Shown one piece after another: positions 47,120 to 61,884 of a stretch of DNA of 64,000 nt. The position numbers were made by a program, and so were the translations under genes. Origin of the DNA: Heptranchias perlo (Eukaryota); assembly GCF_035084215.1 (NCBI RefSeq), contig NC_090349.1, forward strand, positions 9,114,001 through 9,178,000, in the 5' to 3' direction. How positions within the stretch are numbered: the stretch's first letter is position 1; every line of letters begins with the position of its first letter. The notes under the pieces are model-generated. The model saw only the letters and a list, made by a program, of their open reading frames with translations, ran no database searches and was not told where the DNA came from.

Positions 47120-50100
47120 AGTTTCCAGATTGAGTGCTTCTGCTAAATTGAATGGCTTGCTAAACAGATTGACGATGGGAATTTGGTGAGAGTGGGAATT
47201 CTCTGGTAAGTAGTGGGTGAGCAGTACAGAAAATATGTTGTTATCAAACCAAAATTTAAGTTAGTTTTCTCATTTAAAAATTCCTTTAAAAACTGCAAGT
47301 CGGTGGCAGTCAATGTAATTGGGTCGCTCACGAGGTTTTAATTATTGTGTTTGGAATACAATAATTAAGACCTCGTCACGGACCCAATTACATTGACTGA
47401 CTAGCTGTAACTAATGTGTTTCCGAAGGTATATATTAGAGGGATATCCGCAAAAGTACAGAGCTGCAGCACACAGCTGGGCGAGAGCAAGGTGAATCAGC
47501 TGAACAAGTGGCTTGCTAAAAAGAGTGACAACGGGAATTTGTTGAGGATGGGAATTCGGTGCAGAGGGGGATGTAAGTATACCTGATACCTGTGAGGATA
47601 AGGAGAAGGATTGCGCGGAGAACAGCCGCAATACTGACCCAGGCACTGTAAAGCAGAGGGCTGTTCAAAGCGGGGAGGAGCAGAATGGAAACGTAGTAGT
47701 TTTTGGGGTTTCAACAATTAGGGGGATAGATAGCATCGAGAGTCCCGAAGGATGTGTTGACTACCTGATCCCAGGGGACGGGATACCTCGATGCAGGTGG
47801 ACTGGAATTTGGAAAGGGAAGTGAAAGATTCAGTTGTTGTGGCACAGCGAAAAATAAGGGAGGTGGTCCGGCTGAGGGGGTGTCAGAAATTAGGAGCTAA
47901 ATTAAAAGGCAGGACCTCAAGGGTGGTAATGTCAGGATTATTACCCAAGCCACGATCTAAATGGCATAGGGACAAACAGATCAGGAAGGTGAACACGTGG
48001 CTAAAGGAGTGATGTAGGAAGGAGGGGTTCCATTTCATGGGCCACTGACACCAATACTGGGACAGGAGAGAGCTGCACAGTTGGGACAGGCTGCACCAGA
48101 ACCGGGCTGGGACCAAGGTGCTAGTGGAAAGGATAAATATAATAGTAAAAGAGCTTTAAACTAGTAAATGGAGGGTGGGTTCAGTCAGAAAGTAAAATGA
48201 TAGAATAAAGATGAAAAAAATGGATAAGAGCAGAGTTCAGGTCACAAAGTGATATAGATACTCCAGGTGAAAGGAATACTAAAATAACAGAAGTAGCTAC
48301 AGCAGGAGTGACAAATAAGAAATGAGTTAAGTAAAACAACGTGAGAAAGACAGCATCAGGGTAGAAAGACAGGGTAGGGTCTCTTGCCCAAATAAGATTA
48401 TAATATATAGTAACGCATGGAGTATAAGAAATAAACTGAGTGAATTAGAGGCTCAATACAGTTTAGAGGGTATGACATGGTGGTCATTATTGAAACATGG
48501 ATGAAAGCTAGTCATAATGAGGAGTGAAATATTCCAAGTTAGAGGATGTTTAGAAAGGATAAGGAAACTGGAAGAGGAGGATGGGTAGCCTCATTGATTA
48601 AAGATACTATTACAACATTAGTAAGAGATAATATAGGAAAGGAAATACAATCAGCGGAGACTCTACGGTTAGAATTGAGGAATAAGAGAGGACTTAAAAC
48701 TTTAATGGAAGTTGTCTACCGGCCTCCTGGCAGCAGCAATGAAGTGGCAGAATGTATTAATTCAGAGACTAGAAAGGCTTGTAGCAAACGGGGAGTTGTT
48801 TTAATAGGAGACTTTAATTTTCATATGGATTGGGAAGAGCAGAACAGCTCAAGTCAGAAATGTAGTGAATTTCTTGAGTGCATTCGAGATAGTTTTCTAG
48901 AGCAATATGTTCCAGGACCAACAAGAGGGCTGGTCACACTAGATTTAGTAATAAGTAATGAGCCATACTTGATTAATAATCTAACAGTAAGGGAATATTA
49001 ATCTAACAGTGATCATAATATGATCGAATTCAATGTTAGGTTTGAAAAGGAGAAACTTGACACAGTTACGAAGATTCTAGATTTTAGTAATGCTAACTTT
49101 AACGATATAAGGCAGAGACCAACGACAACAAACTGGTGAAAACTGTTATCGGGTAAAACTGTAGATGAACTGTGGGAGGTGTTCAAAAAATAATTTGGCT
49201 TAATACAGGACCAGTATACACCCATTAGGGGCAAGAGCACTTCTAACTGAATAAAACAGCCACGGTAGACAACATAACATGAAACTAAAGGAAAGACTAT
49301 ATAAAAATGCAAAGAATAATATAGATCCAAGGGATTATGGGAGATATGAAGAACAGCAAGGGAAAGCAAAAAAAGACAGTAAGAGCTGCAAACAATGAAT
49401 ATGGAAAGAAACTTGCGAGGGATATCAAGATAAACACTTAAAGAATTTACAATCATATTAGAAGAAAATGGGTAGTCAAGGGTAATGTGGCCTTTTAAAA
49501 ATAGATGCAGTTAACATTGCAAATGAAAATAAGGAAATGGCAAACTTGTTGAATAATTACTTTTTGTCCGAAATCACAGTCGTGGATGAGGATAATATAC
49601 CTGACATTCCAGTGAGACTAATAATGAATCAATGAATGGAACTCAATGAAGTTAACGTTAGCAAGAAAACAGTATTGGAAAAAATAATGATAATAAAGAC
49701 TGACAAATCCACAGCACGTGATAGTTTGCACCCCAGAGTTTTAAAGGAAGCAAGTGAGGAAATTACAGATGCTTTAGCCATAATCTTCCAAAGCTCTCTT
49801 GATTCAGGAATTGTCCCTTTAGATTGAAAAATTGTAAATGTAACTCCATTATGTAAGAAGGGTGGGAGAGAGAGAAACCAGGAAATTATAGAACGTTTAG
49901 TCTAACATCTGTTGTGGGGAAGTTATTAGAATCTCTAAATAAGGAAAGAGTGCCTTAACACGGAAATAAATTTGAGCTGATTGGATGGTGCCATCATGGA
50001 TTTTTAAAGGTTAGGTCATGTCTAATGAAACAGATTGAATTTTTTGAGGAAGTAACTAAAGTCGTAGACAGGGGAATGTCTATGGATGCAGTTACATGGA

Positions 50101-51285
50101 TTTTCAGAAGGCATTCGATAACGTTCCACATAATAGACTGTTAGCTAAAATTAAAGCTCATTGAATTGAAGGCAAATTATTGACCTGGTTAGAATTTTAG
50201 TTGGATAGTAGAAAACAGAAATTGAGATAATGGGTACGTATTGGGTATGATTTGGAAGTAAGTGACAAGTAGTCCCCTCAAGTGTATGTGCTGGGGCAAA
50301 ATCCATTTACCATATTCATTAATGACTTAGATATTACAATAGAGAGCCATATATCCAAGTTTTGCCGATGACACAAAGTTTGGTTTCACAGTAAGTCGTG
50401 TAGATTGGAGCATAAAATTACAGAGACAGTGGTAGATTAAGTGAGTAGACAAACTGTGGCAAATGGATTTCAACGCAGGTAAGTGTGAGGCCACCAATTG
50501 TAGACCAGAAAAGGATAGATCCGAGTATGTTTTAAATGGTGAAAAGTTAGGAACAGTGGAGATCCAAAGAGATTTGGCGACCCATGTGCACAGATCACTA
50601 AATATAATAGTCAGGTACATAAAAAATCAAAACGTCTACTGGAATGTTAGCTTTTATAACTAGAGGGCTAGAATATAAAGGGAAGGAAGTTTTGCTACAG
50701 CTATACCAAGCCCTGGTTAGACCACATCTCGGGAAATGTGTTCAGTTCTGGGCACCACATCTGTGAAAAAATCTATTGGCCTTGGAAGGAGTGCAGCGGA
50801 GATTCACCAAAATGTAAACACGGCTCCAAGGGTTTGAATATGAGGAGAAATTACATAAACAATCTTGTATTCCCTGGAATACAAAAAGTTAGGAGATGAT
50901 TTGATTGAGATTTTAAGGATTTTGAAAGGAATTAATAGGGTAGATAGAGAGAAACCTTTTTTCGCTGGTGGGGGAGTCTCTCACAAGGAGACATAACATT
51001 AAAATCAGAGCGAAGCCATTCAAGAGAGAAGTTAGGAAACACTTCTTTACGCAAAGAGTGATAGAAATGTGGAACTCTCTCCTACAAAATGCAGTAGATG
51101 CTAGCTCAATTAATTATTTAAAATCTGAGATCGATAGATTTTTGCTAGCCAAGGTATCAAGGGATATGAAGCCAAGGTGGGTCGATGGAGACAGGATGAA
51201 GGTCAGCCATGATCTCATTGAATGGCCGAATAGGCTCGAGGGGCTGAATGGCCTTCTCCTGTTCCTATGTTGCTATATTCCTATA
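47120..51285 (+). mobile_element. Duplicated copy of the same CR1 LINE, unit 3
   Basis: Colinear with 27100-31480, same ORF1 deletion. Confidence 0.88.
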
Positions 51286-51739
51286 TAGATGCCATACAAC
51301 CTTATGTGGGAAGTACAGCCCAGAAGCAAGATGATCATATCCGTCCCCTGAGAGATTGAAGGGATTAATTGTTTGTCGACAATTTCTTCTTTAAACGCTG
51401 CTTGTGGTCTCCTGAAAAACTCTTCCCGTTTTTACATCTTTTTTTGCCCTTTATCTGTTGCTGGACAGAATAATTTGTAGTTTTCCTTTCAGTTCTCACG
51501 GTCCAGCAGACAGCTGTCTTATCTTTTAACTTGTTTATCTCTCATTGTCAGCAGATTGAGTCAGTGCCCTTGGTCACAGTCTGACCCTCTGAAGGCAGTT
51601 TGGAGCAAGATCCAGCACATGATCTACTGCCATAAGCTTTGCTCTGATTTTATTTGACATTAGTTGAATTGTTTGTATGTTGCAGTTTAACTTTCTGACT
51701 GAATTATTTACACAGAATATAATAATTACTACAACAGGA

Positions 51740-52970
51740 AAATCGTGTTTGACCAATATGATTGAGTACTTTGATGAAGTATGGAGAGATTTGATGAGGT
51801 TAGTGTGGTTTATGTTGTGTATATGGATTTTCAAAAGACATTTAATAATGTACCACACAATAGACTTGTAAGCAAAATTAAAGCCCATGGGATTACAGGG
51901 ACGGTGGCAGAATGGATATAAAATTGGCTAAGGGACAGAAAGCAGAGAGTTGTGGTGAACGGTTGTTTTTCAGACTGGAGGGAAGTATACAGTTGTGTTC
52001 GGCAGAATTTTGTATTAGGACTGCTGCTCTTCTTGATATATATTAATGACCTGGACTTGGTTATACAGGGTATAATTTCAAAGTTTGCAGATGATACGAA
52101 ACTCGGAAATGTAGTAAGCACTGTGGAGGATAGTAACATGCTTCAAGTGGACATAGACAAACTGCTGAAATAGTCAGACACATTGGCAGATGAAATTTAA
52201 CGCAGAGAAGTGTGAAGTGATGCATTTTAGTGGGAAGAATAAGTCAGCCAATATAAACGAAATGGTACAATTTGAAAGAGGGTGCAGGAACAGAGAGACC
52301 TGGGGGTGTATATACACAAATCTTTGAAGGCGGCAGGAGAAGTTGAGAAATCTGTTAACAAAAGATATGGGATCCTGGGCTTTATTAATAGAGGCAAGGT
52401 AGTGATGCTAAACCTCTATAAAACACTGGTTAGGCCTTAGCTGGAGTATTGTGTTCAATTCTGGGCATCACAATTTAGGAACGATGTCAAGGCCTCGGAG
52501 AGGGGGCAGAAGAGATTTACTGGAATTGTACCGGGGATGAGAGACTTCAGTTATGTGGAGAGACTGGAGAAGTTAGGGTTGTTCTCCTTAGAACAGAGAA
52601 GGTTAAGAGGACCTTTGATACAGGTATTCAAAATCATGAACGGTTTTGATAGAGTAAATAAGGAGAAACTGTTCCCAGTGGCAGAAGTGTTGGTAACAAG
52701 AGCAAACAGATTTAAGGTGATTTTCAGAAGAACCGGAGGTGACATAAGGAAACATTTTTTTACGCAGCTATTTGTTATGATTTGGAATACACTGCCTAAC
52801 AGGGTGGTGGAAGCAGATTCAATAATGACATTCAAAAGGGAATTGGATAAATACTTGGGGAAGAACTTTATCGTGCCCTGGGAAAAGAGCAGGGGTGTGG
52901 GACTAAATTGATAGCTCTACCAAAGAGCCTGCGCCAGTATGATGGGCCGAATGATCTCCATTTGTGCTCA
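51740..52970 (+). mobile_element. CR1-type LINE 3' portion (only a ~90-bp stub remains in unit 2 at 31935-32025)
   Basis: YINDLD, SKFADDTKLG, LEQRRLRG motifs. Confidence 0.88.
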
Positions 52971-55916
52971 CCAAACCTGGTACCCAAGGGTAGATATTCC
53001 ATTCCCCATGTCGGCAATATTTGTTGCATATGCATCAGATCTTCTTGTGAAATGCTACTACTGTCTATTATAGACCACAGGCTTAGAGACAAGCCAAGAA
53101 AGAAGTGGTCAAATCGTACAACTGTCTTTAAAGCCTCAGGTTGATTACTTGGATTATTGGGGAATTCTTCATCTAAGGTAAAACTCCAGGCTGGTAATTA
53201 ACTCTGTAGTATGTTGTTTCTGTAGATTTAATTACAGAATATAAAATGGAACTTAACGTAAGTGATACTTTCACATAAAATGGTTTCCCTTAGTCTTTCT
53301 CAATCTTAGTCTCCAACAGCTCCCCTTTTTTGTGCGATCTCGGGGTTTTTACCGAAGATCCACACCTCATGTTATTAGCTTTACATACTCATCACGAGCC
53401 ATTTGCTCGTCTAGTCTCGGTATAACTTGATTAATATTACACATCATGATACAGACAAGGAAAATCGTAATACATAGTACAGAAAGCTACAGTGAAAACT
53501 AAGCACCCCCGATACTACCATATTACCGAGAAATTGTCCCCTTACTTAAAAAAATTATTTTTCTGGAAAATTTTGAATCGGTATAGTGTCTGCCTCGCCC
53601 TCAATTATCCTAATTTCGCCGTTAACTCAAGGAAACTCAACGCTGAATTTTAGAATTTCAATTTATATTTCCCTCTCTACTTTAATTTCAATTCCTCTGA
53701 TAGGTATCAGTGTGTTACCTGTATCCGGATTGTTTCATTAATTTGTAGTGAAGGATTTTGGACTTTTCAATATGGATTTTTCACTTGCGAAAGGAGAAGA
53801 ATTTGATTCAACAAAAGATGGAACACAGAACTGTTAGTCTTGGCTGTTCAAGACAGCATTCTCTGAAGCTTGACCAAGTTCCAAAGGTTTTGCTCCAGAC
53901 TGTTTAGCAGGCTAAATGAGAAGATGTACTTTCGCGGAGATGAGGGGCGATGTTAAAGATAAGACAGCTGCCCAGCTTGGCCTTGAAAGTTTGTGGGCAA
54001 CTGTCGTAAACATCAGTGTCGGCTTGTTTGAACAATGGGAAAGAGAGTGAAAAATACCAACAGCATGTTTTGGCTACCGAGGATGGTATATGAGCAGTCA
54101 TTATAAAGTGAATGGAAGAGACAGACCAGACACAGTCTAGGAGAACACCAAAAGGTACGTCAGCGGAAAATTAACCGCGCAGTCTCCTGAAACGGAAGCA
54201 TTTGACCAATCTGAGTTTCGATTTGTACTGCAGACTAATTTGCAAGCATCTCTATCTGTCAACCTGTCGAGGTCTAATGTGATTAAAACCAATTTTTAGA
54301 AAAGCTCATAGTCTTGGTTGATCTTACCTCTGGATTACCATGAAGAGTGAAGAGAAAGGGAAAAAACACGACAGTATGTAAAAAAAATTGGTTTCTCTAT
54401 GGGGGATGTGTCAGTGCACTATTTAAAAGTTAAAATAATTATTGAAACAGTGTATGCCCTCAGTCTCCTGAAAAACATTAACCATTTCATGTAGAGGTGA
54501 TGTCCACGTGATTGATCATATCTGCGACCCATTCTTCAGTGCACCTTCATCGTATATTCCGCATACTGGTCGCCTCACGCACAACATATCACATCTGCAA
54601 ACGCATAGGTATCCCAAGCCCTAATTTAGTTTAACATAATTTTCCGGATTTAATTTTTCCATTCAATTTGCAATCTTACATTCTCCTGTAAAATCACCCC
54701 TCAGTTGCCATTCTTCCAGGCTGGAAAGGATATGCTTGAGTAACTATATAATGCCCCCAGCTCGTTAAAACCAATCAATAATGCTGGAAGGTCCTCAGTA
54801 CATTCAAATGGATGAGTACCACTACAACGATAATACTGCAGCAGTATCAGCAATGCCTGTAACAGATGCGAAACTGTGAAGTGCTGTGGCACCTTTTCTA
54901 CAATCTTGCCTGCAGTTCATACTTGTTGCAGAAGTAGCGCTGTTCCACTTTAAGTATTATATTTCTGTGTTATCTCTGTTTTAATGCCACAAAAACATTA
55001 TTAAATCGTGCCAAGAGGAAATGGTCACGACAAAAATGAAGTCGGAACAATTTTAAAACATTACTATTGGATTTCTTATGGTTTTGCTGATATTTAATCA
55101 GAGGAAATTGCATGTCTTTCAAATATTTTCGTTCCAACAAGCTGAGCATCTCAGTTTTGCATCTGCCAGCTCCTCAGCGTGTAGTGCATAGAATAAAATC
55201 AAAAGATGGGATAAAAATAGGGACATTATGTATGACTTTAAAATGGGGAATAAATTACATCTTTGTGTCCTCGTGCAATTACCTTCATTTTCTAACCACT
55301 TAAGCTGAAGACTACCGTCAGGAATTTCATTGGGGTTCATCCGATTGGATGCAATAACTTCAAAAGATCAGCGGAAACACCATCTCTGCAGTTTTTGGCA
55401 TCTCCCGCTGAAGTTATGGTGCCCAATCAGGAGAACCCCGAAGGAAATTCACCCCCTACATTTCGTCTTGACTCTGGATGCACAATGCCACGGAGAATTG
55501 AGTACACATGCAATAAAAATCTTATATCTGCATGCACTTCCGGCCCTACAAGACCTTTCTTACTGTTGTTAAAATTTTATAACAATTTTGTGTCAATTTA
55601 TTTCCATTATAAATCCTTTGTTCACATCTATATTGAAAACTCTCTATGTAAATTTGCAACATTATAATTGCAGCCCCTGGCAGTGGTGGCTCTGTAGTGT
55701 CTACATTTTGCACCTCTCAGCCCCTTGGCCTGCACTGTAGAGAACTTTCTGTGCTCCGACCAGTTCTACTTTTCCGATTCTCCAATTGCTGGACGTAAGT
55801 ATCAATAATATCAAAGTAACATATTATTTAAAAATAAGGGCATAATACATGACTTCAAACGAGGCTGAAATATGCCTCCATGCCCTGATTCAATTAACCC
55901 TTGCCTTCTAACCATT

Positions 55917-56099
55917 GGGGTAGATCTTGACTTTGTGCGATAGAGTAAAACAGGTGATAGCGAGTCGGCAGCCCGTTTTACATCGTACCAGATTTTTATT
56001 TCCATTCATTCCATTTTTAAAAATCAGGAGAGATGTAAAACGGACTGTCGATTCGATGTCAACTGTTTTAAGCTATCGGGCAAAGTCAAGATCTACTCC
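55917..56099. mobile_element. Palindromic MITE upstream of gene 3
   Basis: GGGGTAGATCTTGACTTTG...CAAAGTCAAGATCTACTCC. Confidence 0.7.
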
Positions 56100-56162
56100 A
56101 TGTTGCACTTGGATTACGCTTGGTCTTTACTGCCCATGCGCAACACCATGGGCGATCGACTA

Positions 56163-57775
56163 GCATCATAGAGTCATAAGAATCATAGAAAGCTACGGAA
56201 CAGAAGGAAGCCATTCGGCCCATCCATGAGGGCCGAGAAAGAGCTAGCCAGCTTAAATCCCAATTCCAGCACTTAGTTTCAGCACTTCAAGTGAACATCT
56301 ATCTACTTTGTTTAATGAGTTGAGGGTTTCTGACTCCACCACCCTTTCAGGCAGTGAGTTCCAGACCCTTACAACCATCTGGGTGAAAAAAATCTCCTCA
56401 GCTCCCCTCTAATCCTTCCACCAATTACTTTAAATCTATGCCCCCTGGTCATTGACCACACTGCGAAGGGAAATAGGTCCTCCCTATCCAGTCTATCTAG
56501 TCCCGTCATAATTTTATATACCTCAATTAAATCTCCCCTCAGCCTCCTTTGTCCCAAAGAAAATAAACCAAGCCGATCCAATCTTTTCTCATAGTTAAAA
56601 TTCTCTTGCCCTGGCAACAACCTCAGAAATCTCCTCTGCACCCTCTCCAGTGCAATCACATCTTTCCTGTAATGTACCCTTCCATTTATTATGTACTCCC
56701 TTGCCTTGTTTGCGCTCCCCAAATGCTTTACCACACATTTCTCTGGATTGATTTCCATTTGTCACTTTCCTGCCCACCTGACCAGTCCATTGGTATCTTC
56801 CTGCAATGTACAGCTTTCTTCCTCACTATCAACCACACCACCAATATTTATATTATCTGAAAACTTCTTGATCAAGCCCCCCATATTCAAATCCAAATCA
56901 TTAATATATACTACAGAAAGCAAGGGACCTAGTACTCAGCTTTGAGGGACCCCACTGGAAACAGCCTTCCAGTCCCAAAAAACAGCCGTCAACCATTACA
57001 CTTTGCTTCCTGCCACTGAGCAAATTTTGGATCCAACTAGCCACTTTCCCTTGGATCCCATGAGCTTTTACTTTGTTGACCAGTCAGCCATGTGGGACCG
57101 AGTCAAATGCCTTGCTAAAATCCAAGTACATTATATCAAACGCATTACCCTCATCAAACCTCCTTGTTACCTGTTCAAAAAATGCAATCAAGTTAGTCAG
57201 ATACAACCTTCCCTTAATAAATCTATGCTGACTGTCCTTGATTAACCCGTGCCTTTCTAAATGACGATTTATTTTATCCCTCAGAATCGATTCCAATAAT
57301 TTGCCCACCACTGAGGTTAGACTGACTGGCCTATAATTACTAGGTCTATCTCTTTCTCCCTTTCTAAACAACAATACAACGTTAGCAGTCCTCCAACCCT
57401 CCAGCACCATGCCTATAGCCAGGGAGAATTGGAAATGATGGTCAGAGCCTCCACAATTTCCTCCCTTGATCCTCCCTATAGCCTGGGGTACATTTCATCC
57501 AGCCCTGGTGATTTATCTACTTTCAAAGAAACGAATCCCCTTAATACTTCCTCTCTCACTAGGTTTATCCTATCCAATAAATCATACTCCTTCTCCTGAA
57601 CTACAATCTCTGCATTCTCCCCCTCTTCAGTGAAGACAGACGCAAGGTATTCATTAAGAACCACATCTTCCACCTCCACACATAGGTTACCTTTTTGGTC
57701 TCTAATAGGCCGTACTCTTTCCTTCGTTATCCTTTTGCTCTTTATGTATTTATAAAACATTTTAAAATTTTCCTC
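56163..57775 (-). mobile_element. Same CR1 insertion upstream of gene 3
   Basis: NYRPVSLTSVVGK, YLDFSKAFD; same flanks as 32165-33995. Confidence 0.9.
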
Positions 57776-58671
57776 ACTACATATTACTACATATTGATTT
57801 TACATCAATTATATAAAGTTTAAACACATAATATATCAATAATGTAATGCTAGATAAAAGTAATATGATACCAAATATTGATTTAAGATATGCAGAATTT
57901 ATAACATCAAATATGAGACACCAACACAAGGTCCAACTCACTGTGACTTTAGGGGATTGTGTGAAACGCGCGATATCGGCTTGGCCGCCCGTTAAAACCT
58001 TTTCCGATTTCCAATAGCAAAATAACTCATTCCAAGCTCATGTGCTGTTCGCGACCTTCTGACAATAGTTTGTAGCGCATTCTGATAGCGCAGAGATATC
58101 AGGCACATCTGCCAAAGAATATATACACAAGATAGTCAGAATCGTCTCCCCAAGCTACATGCTCAAAAGAATTGATAGTGAATTGTTTCATCCGCCTTGT
58201 GCTTTCAATCAGAGATCTCCAATACACCATCCCCAATAATAGCCCGTGAATTGTAAGATTTCAATATATATATAAATGTAAAATGATAATGGAACAAATC
58301 CTGCACAGAAAGCCGTCTGTCGTGAGGTGTTCGGCCCGAAACGATTTTTTTAGATGGACGTTTCAGGTAGAATATTTCTCTTCATTCTCCCTTGGCAGCT
58401 AAAATGGTCACGAATATTATGATATAAACATGGAAAATGATTTGCGATGTGTAAGCACTGTGAGACTGCGCACAAAGTGATGCAATTAAATGAAAATGCT
58501 ACGGAGTGGATTAAAGTGGATATTAAAAATGTATGAGGTAAATTATTTCTATTTCACTTTATGTTTAAGAAAAACTCAAAGTACGCAAAAACACAAAACA
58601 CGAATACCATCCCTTATCTTCCTGGTAATTTGAGATTAATTCAACACTCACTAAGAATCTGGCAGCTTCTG

Positions 58672-58745
58672 ATTGGCGTCAAGGTGCAGACTGATTTGCA
58701 TAAATAAGGAGCACGCGGTAACACCCCTTCTCACGGTTGATAAGC
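58672..58745 (+). promoter_or_regulatory. Ig light chain promoter, copy 3
   Basis: ATTGG 58672-58676, TGGCGTCA, octamer ATTTGCAT 58694-58701. Confidence 0.85.
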
Positions 58746-58821
58746 AGAGTTCGAGGGGAAGTTTAGAACCCATTTCATCAGCACATTGTCGCCGTGTCTG
58801 AGCTTCCTTAAATTTTTTACA

Positions 58822-58870
58822 ATGTCTTACTGGATCCGTATTGTCAGTACGCTGGTTTTATGCGCAGTTT
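58822..58870 (+). CDS. Ig light chain leader exon, copy 3 (MSYWIRIVSTLVLCAV + 1 nt)
   Basis: ATG 58822, GTGAGT donor 58871. Confidence 0.9.
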
Positions 58871-59005
58871 GTGAGTATTTTAATTTCATCTCCTGATTAG
58901 ACTTCATCTTTAAAAATATTTGCTGGCAAATTTGTTACCCCATTTTCATTACAAATGATTGCTCTCACTGTCCTGCCTCTTTTCTGACATTGCTCCTTTT
59001 TTCAG

Positions 59006-59350
59006 ATTTAAACGCGCAAGTTACAGTAAACCAGCCTCGTTTGATGTCAACTTCTCCGGGAAACAACGTCCAAATCAGTTGTACTCTGTCTGGTGCCAAT
59101 TTAGGAAGCGAGGTTGTCTCCTGGTACCAGCAGATTCCGGGGAATACGCCCAGGCTTCTAGTCTACTATTGGTCCGGCAGCACCATTTACAGGGGCCCGG
59201 GTATTTCAGAACGGTTCTCCGGCTCCGTATCAGGCAACACGGGAATTTTTACAATGTCGAATGCACAATCTGAGGACGCTGCGGACTATTACTGTGCTAT
59301 GTGGTCTAACGGTATATTCTTCGGGAAAGGAACACGACTGAGTGTTGGCA
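59006..59350 (+). CDS. IGLV: Germline-joined V-J exon, copy 3 (intact)
   Basis: CAG acceptor; 345 bp open frame ...YYCAMWSNGIFFGKGTRLSVG; GTAAGT donor 59351. Confidence 0.95.
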
Positions 59351-61153
59351 GTAAGTAAAATCCTTTCATTTGTACAGTTCTGTTTTTTGATAACTTTAGA
59401 ACAAAACAATAAGTTGCAAAATGTATACTATTGTCTCGATTTAATTCCATTCAAAAGTGGCATTTTCGAATCAATCATATTTTCAACGGGCTTCCCCTGG
59501 TATCTTAACTGGAAGTAACATTGCCCAAATGGGGAACTGAACGGTCCAGAATTTCTATAATACTTTATGAAAACTTATTTTATATTGCTGAAATGGTATT
59601 TGCTGTCAATTACGACAATGTAAATGGAGACAATTAGCAAAGAGGAGAGAGGTATCCTCTCGCTTTGTGTTAACTACATTATAACGCGTTCATTTTCAGT
59701 GCTATTACGTTTGCCCTATAATAGCCAGAAGAGTAAAGTTTCCTACAACGTTTATGACGTGATTAATACATGGAGATTGGAAGATGTCCCCTTTCTACTA
59801 ATTAAAAATATTGTACCTGAAATACTCCTATGGTTGAGTAAAATAAATCGGATGGGGGAAATTATGCTGGTCCCTATTTTTAGAGACCATGCGAAATAGT
59901 AAACACTTGCTAAAAAATAATACCACCCAGAGGAAATGACTGAATGAATGAACGAACGGACGGCGTTCGGCTGCGGCTATATCGGAGCAATCCATTTCTG
60001 TGTTCAACCAGCACTGTGCGTTAAACTGGTGGGGGCGTCTTTTGTGTTCAGTATTGCTTTTGCAGATATTTAAAGGGGAGTAACCACTTTAGTTTAAACA
60101 GCCTACGTCCTTTGTTAAAATAAAGAAGAATTTCATACCAATGTTTTAGCGCGTTGATATTCTAATCTTTCAGAGCCAAATTTTACTCTGAATGCCGTTT
60201 TAAACCAAACGTGGGCGGTGAACAAAAGATGGTGCCGGGCAAACCGTAAAGCCCCGATTTATTGTCGTTGAATTCCCCCTCGCTTATAATTCTGTGCTTT
60301 TTACAGTTTCATATACTAGCTTGCATATTTCCCCCGCTCTTCCTTAAAACTATTTGGAGATCTGTAGTATATCTGAGTAGTGGGACAGATCCCTTCCTAG
60401 CCTTCATCTCAATCCAATAACATTGATGATCGCTGTCTGCTTAATATGGATTTTAAAATGTATGTTTCATTTTTTTAAATCGCGTTGCTTTTGGGTATGA
60501 TGTGAGATAATAACGCGGGCTCACACTCACAGTGTGTGGAATGTGGGTATCCTATAGTGAAAAAAATGTGGAATGCATCATGGGGTCAGCGCAAGGAAAC
60601 ATGGACAAGTTTCAACTTAACGCAACAAAACAACCGTAAAAATTTAAAATCCGATCAGTAAAATTAAAGTGTGTGTTTAATATGAGTTCAGCACCAACCT
60701 TTATTAAAATTCGTTTATATTCTGCTTGAAGTATTACAATAGAAAGGCTGGATTTATCGGCCCAAATAATGACACGGCATATAGACTAAAGTTACTTGTA
60801 AAGGCAAGATTCACAGGTCCACTTCAGAATTCTGATCTAAAGTGTGAGTTGTTTCAATGCACAGAGTGGTAATTCGAGAAAGCGGATAATACAAACATGA
60901 TTATAAATGCGTTCACGCTGCAAATTTAGTGTCGGCTCCAAGTGATTTCTGCTTGCCAATGACTAAAGCAGTTGGATTTTACAGCGGAATAGATGTTTTA
61001 TCCGTATTACGTTGGCTGTATACCTGTACACTCCGGACATAGGGGTTGTCCTTATATTCATCCAATATCTAATACATATGTTGGTCTCTCCTTTTGCTGA
61101 TTTAACAACGGAACCATGTGACCACATCACAATAAGATTTAATTAGTGTCAAT

Positions 61154-61339
61154 GGGGTAGGTCTTGACTTTGTGCGACAATGTGAAACAGGTGATAACGA
61201 GTCGGCAGCCGGTTTTGCTCCTCTCCAGGTTTTTATTTAAATTTAAGTCAATGGAAGTAAAATTCGGGAGAGATGTAAAACGGGGTGCCGACTCGCTTTC
61301 ACCCCTTTTACTATATCGCACAAAGTCAAGATCTAACCC
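61154..61339. mobile_element. Palindromic MITE, J-C intron of gene 3
   Basis: GGGGTAGGTCTTGACTTTGTGCGA...TCGCACAAAGTCAAGATCTAACCC. Confidence 0.7.
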
Positions 61340-61561
61340 AGTATATTTAATGAAAATTGTTGACCGGTGTGCTGGAGCTGGTAAATGTTTAAAGCGCCCA
61401 TAGTATGACTGGAGTATTTTGAAACAAGTATAAAGCAAAGGGATCCATTATTATATTAAATGCATTGATGGAATACGAAATATACTATTTTGATAAAATC
61501 TAAACCTTCAACCGAAGCAATTCCCCAACGCGACGAAACCCTGTTCTTTTTTTAAAAATAG

Positions 61562-61884
61562 GTCCACAGGAACCATCGGTGTCCGTTCTTCCTCCTTCAT
61601 CGGATGAAATCACAACAAAGAACATGGCGACCCTGGTGTGTTTGGTAAACCGTTTTAAGCCGGGTGCTGTGGAGATTGAATGGACTGTGGATGGCAGTGT
61701 CAGAGGGAATGTTGTTGAGACCAGTCGGATCCAACAGGAGACGGACAACACGTTCAGTGTGAGCAGTTATCTGACTCTGTCAGCCTCAGAGTGGAACTCA
61801 CACGAGCTTTACTCCTGTGTAGTTAAACATGAGACTCAGGCAAACCCGCTTCAAACAAGCATCGCGAGATCCAGCTGTATCTGA
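61562..61884 (+). CDS. IGLC: Ig light chain constant exon, copy 3
   Basis: TAG acceptor; 323 bp; C1-set motifs; RGNGVE changed to RGNVVE; ends RSSCI*. Confidence 0.95.
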
